DNA of 64,000 bases from the IMG/VR virus record IMGVR_UViG_3300042197_002672. The stretch is one strand, 5' to 3'. This DNA is from an uncultured virus (IMG/VR IMGVR_UViG_3300042197_002672). Its lineage: Duplodnaviria; Heunggongvirae; Uroviricota; Caudoviricetes. Shown here one piece after another: positions 62,068-64,000 of this stretch. The notes below the pieces were generated by a model that had not been told where the DNA came from, did not search any database, and saw only the letters and a program-made list of their open reading frames with translations. Position numbers and translations under genes: made by a program. Each line of letters starts with the position of its first letter. Position 1 is the first letter of the stretch.

Positions 62068-62098
62068 TTCCTGTGATAATAACTATTTAAAACAGGAG
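62068..62098 (+). promoter_or_regulatory. RBS-sequestering hairpin with a candidate late promoter in its loop
   Basis: TCCTGT (62069-74) pairs with ACAGGA (62092-97, the SD); TATTTA at 62084-89. Confidence 0.55.
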
Positions 62099-62104
62099 AT
62101 CGTA

Positions 62105-62839
62105 ATGAAAAAAATTATTTATGCTACAAAAAACTGTCAGTTATGTCAAGAACAATTTCAAATAAAAAAAACCTGCAAAAAAGACTTTAAAAGAAAGTTT
62201 TGCTCTAAAAAATGCTCATCTGTTTTTAATGGAAAAAATAATAAAGGCAGAAAACACACTGAAGAATGGAAGCAAAATTTAAGAGAGAAAAACTCTGGAG
62301 AAAATAATCCATTTTACGGCAAACAACATTGTTCTGAAACAAAAGAAAAAATTTCAAAAAGCAATAAAAGTAAAGGCAGAAAACACACTGAAGAATGGAA
62401 GCAAAATTTAAGAGAGAAAAACTCTGGAGAAAATAATCCATTTTATGGAAAAAAGCATACAGATGAAAGTAGAGCAAAAATATCACAAAATCATGCCGAC
62501 CATTCTGGAGAAAAAAATCCAAACTATGCAAATGGCGATAAAATCAAAGGTGAAAAAAATCCTGGCTGGTTAGGAGGCATATCTTATGGAGAATATGGTT
62601 TAGAATTTAATCAAGAATTAAAAAAATCAATAAGAAAAAGAGATTTTTTTAAATGTAAAATTTGTAAAAAAAATGGTTATGATGTCCATCACATAGATTA
62701 TGATAAAAAAAATAACTTATCTGAAAATTTAATTACTTTGTGCAGAAGCTGTCATATGAAAACAAATTTTAATAGAGAAAGCTGGAAGAGTTTTTTTAAA
62801 ACAACGAAGGAAGAAAACACATGTCAACACAACGAATAG
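62105..62839 (+). CDS. NUMOD3-repeat HNH endonuclease
   Basis: N-terminal CxxC..FCSxxC; KHTEE/GENNPFYGK repeats; CKIC..VHHIDY..NN..NLITLCRSCH. Confidence 0.9.
   Translation: MKKIIYATKNCQLCQEQFQIKKTCKKDFKRKFCSKKCSSVFNGKNNKGRKHTEEWKQNLREKNSGENNPFYGKQHCSETKEKISKSNKSKGRKHTEEWKQNLREKNSGENNPFYGKKHTDESRAKISQNHADHSGEKNPNYANGDKIKGEKNPGWLGGISYGEYGLEFNQELKKSIRKRDFFKCKICKKNGYDVHHIDYDKKNNLSENLITLCRSCHMKTNFNRESWKSFFKTTKEENTCQHNE
62242..62445 (+). repeat. Exact 75-bp direct repeat within the HNH gene
   Basis: 62242-62316 equals 62371-62445; period 129 bp (43 codons). Confidence 0.9.
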
Positions 62840-63828
62840 CACTTTGTACAGGGGCGACAGGCCAGGATGGGAGTCATTTATGCGAATTACTTCTATCAAA
62901 AGGATATAAAGTAATTGGAACAAAGAGAAGAACATCTACTATAAACACATCTAGAGTAGATCATATTTTCTCAAATCCTAATTTTATATTAGAATATTTC
63001 GATCTTAATGACGGCAGTTCGATGTATAATTTAATATATAAATACGATCCAGACGAAATATACAATCTAGCAGCTCAATCTCATGTAAGAGTGTCTTTTG
63101 ACGTGCCTGAAAATACAGTAGATGGTATTGCAATGGGAACTCTAAAGATATTAGAAGCTATAAAGAATACAAATAAAGAAATAAAATTCTATCAAGCATC
63201 ATCTTCAGAAATGTTTGGAGATGCTCCTATTCCAGATGGTGGATATAAAGAGTATAGTTTAATGACACCAGCATCTCCTTATGCATGTGCTAAATTATTT
63301 TCACATAATCTAGTAAGGAATTACAGATATTCTTATGGATTACATGCAAGCAGTGGAATTTTATTTAATCACGAGAGTCCAAGAAGAGGTGAAACCTTTG
63401 TCACAAGGAAAATAACCCTAGCTGCTGCTGCTATTAAATTAGGAATACAGGATAAACTTTATTTAGGAAATCTTGATGCTAAAAGAGATTGGGGATATGC
63501 TAAAGAGTATGTAGAGGCTATGTGGCTAATGCTTCAACAAGAATCACCAGATGATTATGTTATTGCTACTGGAGAATCTAAAACTGTTAAAGAATTCTTA
63601 GAAATAGTATTTGACTTTGCACAACTTGATCCTTATAAGTATGTTAACATAGATGAAAGGTTATTTAGACCTCACGAAGTTCCTTTCTTACTTGGAGATG
63701 CAAGTAAAGCTAAAAATATATTAAAGTGGGAACCAAAATGCTCTCTAAAAGAATTGGCTGAAATGATGTATAAGCATGATTATTCTGCTCTATATAAGAA
63801 ACTAAATGGAGAAAAAAATGCAACATGA
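62821..63828 (+). CDS. gmd: GDP-mannose 4,6-dehydratase
   Basis: TGATGQDGS, YNLAAQSHV, FYQASSSE, SPYACAK, FNHESPRRG, RDWG. Confidence 0.95.
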   Translation: MSTQRIALCTGATGQDGSHLCELLLSKGYKVIGTKRRTSTINTSRVDHIFSNPNFILEYFDLNDGSSMYNLIYKYDPDEIYNLAAQSHVRVSFDVPENTVDGIAMGTLKILEAIKNTNKEIKFYQASSSEMFGDAPIPDGGYKEYSLMTPASPYACAKLFSHNLVRNYRYSYGLHASSGILFNHESPRRGETFVTRKITLAAAAIKLGIQDKLYLGNLDAKRDWGYAKEYVEAMWLMLQQESPDDYVIATGESKTVKEFLEIVFDFAQLDPYKYVNIDERLFRPHEVPFLLGDASKAKNILKWEPKCSLKELAEMMYKHDYSALYKKLNGEKNAT

Positions 63829-64000
63829 AGAAAGGCCATGGGGAACATTTAATGTTCTTCACGAGGAAGATAGTTTTAAATTAAAAAAAATAACAGTTTA
63901 TCCTGGACATAAACTTTCATTACAGAGTCATTCAAAGAGGAATGAAGTTTGGACAATAATAGAGGGCACTGGTATCGTTACATTAGACGATATAGTTCAA
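63818..64000 (+). CDS. Cupin, mannose-6-phosphate isomerase type II / ManC C-terminal-like (3'-partial)
   Basis: MQHEERPWGTF...KKITVYPGHKLSLQSHSKRNEVW. Confidence 0.85.
   Translation, partial: MQHEERPWGTFNVLHEEDSFKLKKITVYPGHKLSLQSHSKRNEVWTIIEGTGIVTLDDIVQ

Larger units (their letters stand above)
62033..62864 (+). mobile_element. HNH endonuclease cassette bounded by 18-bp direct repeats
   Basis: TACAGGGGCGACAGGCCA at 62033-62050 and 62847-62864 (814-bp spacing). Confidence 0.8.

Noticed and set aside
62051..62864. Group I intron or ribosomal hop explanation for the gmd insertion
   Set aside because: Only about 50 nt are non-coding, with no recognisable ribozyme core; the HNH ORF overlaps the downstream gmd, which has its own SD and ATG; 814 nt is far longer than the T4 gene 60 bypass and the codons differ (CAA vs CAG)
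1..64000. Alternative genetic code (stop reassignment)
   Set aside because: Conserved genes are full length in the standard code; TGA, TAA and TAG all act as stops, with many ATGA overlaps
1..64000. CRISPR arrays, tRNAs, rRNAs
   Set aside because: No regularly spaced repeats or cloverleaf motifs seen in the short intergenic gaps; a tRNAscan/Infernal run would be needed to exclude them fully

Overview
AT-rich segment of a large tailed dsDNA phage with a T4-like (myovirus) virion, read in the standard genetic code. The + strand from 1 to 10.6 kb carries putative internal head proteins, ClpP, an amidase endolysin, a metallophosphoesterase and a GroEL-like chaperonin. A - strand block at 11-21 kb encodes replication genes: class II ribonucleotide reductase with an intein, helicase, 5' exonuclease, RecA, SSB and a mini-PolA. 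A - strand block at 21-44 kb encodes baseplate, tape measure, tail chaperone, tube, sheath, neck, capsid and scaffold. A + strand block at 44-52 kb holds novel paralogous proteins and a possible origin, followed by a glycosyltransferase and nucleotide-sugar cluster at 52-64 kb. Most striking: (1) an 814-bp HNH cassette bounded by an exact 18-bp duplication of the gmd Rossmann-motif codons, which truncates one gmd start and supplies another; (2) a Pro-initiated class 3 (WCT) intein at a catalytic Cys of NrdJ; (3) a U-UUU-UUA -1 frameshift in the tail chaperone; (4) [S/T]GS enrichment in virion proteins, a candidate glycosylation sequon; (5) a paralogous trio sharing RFSxL motifs. No tRNA, rRNA or CRISPR array was recognised. 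All product calls come from motif recognition by eye, not from database searches.
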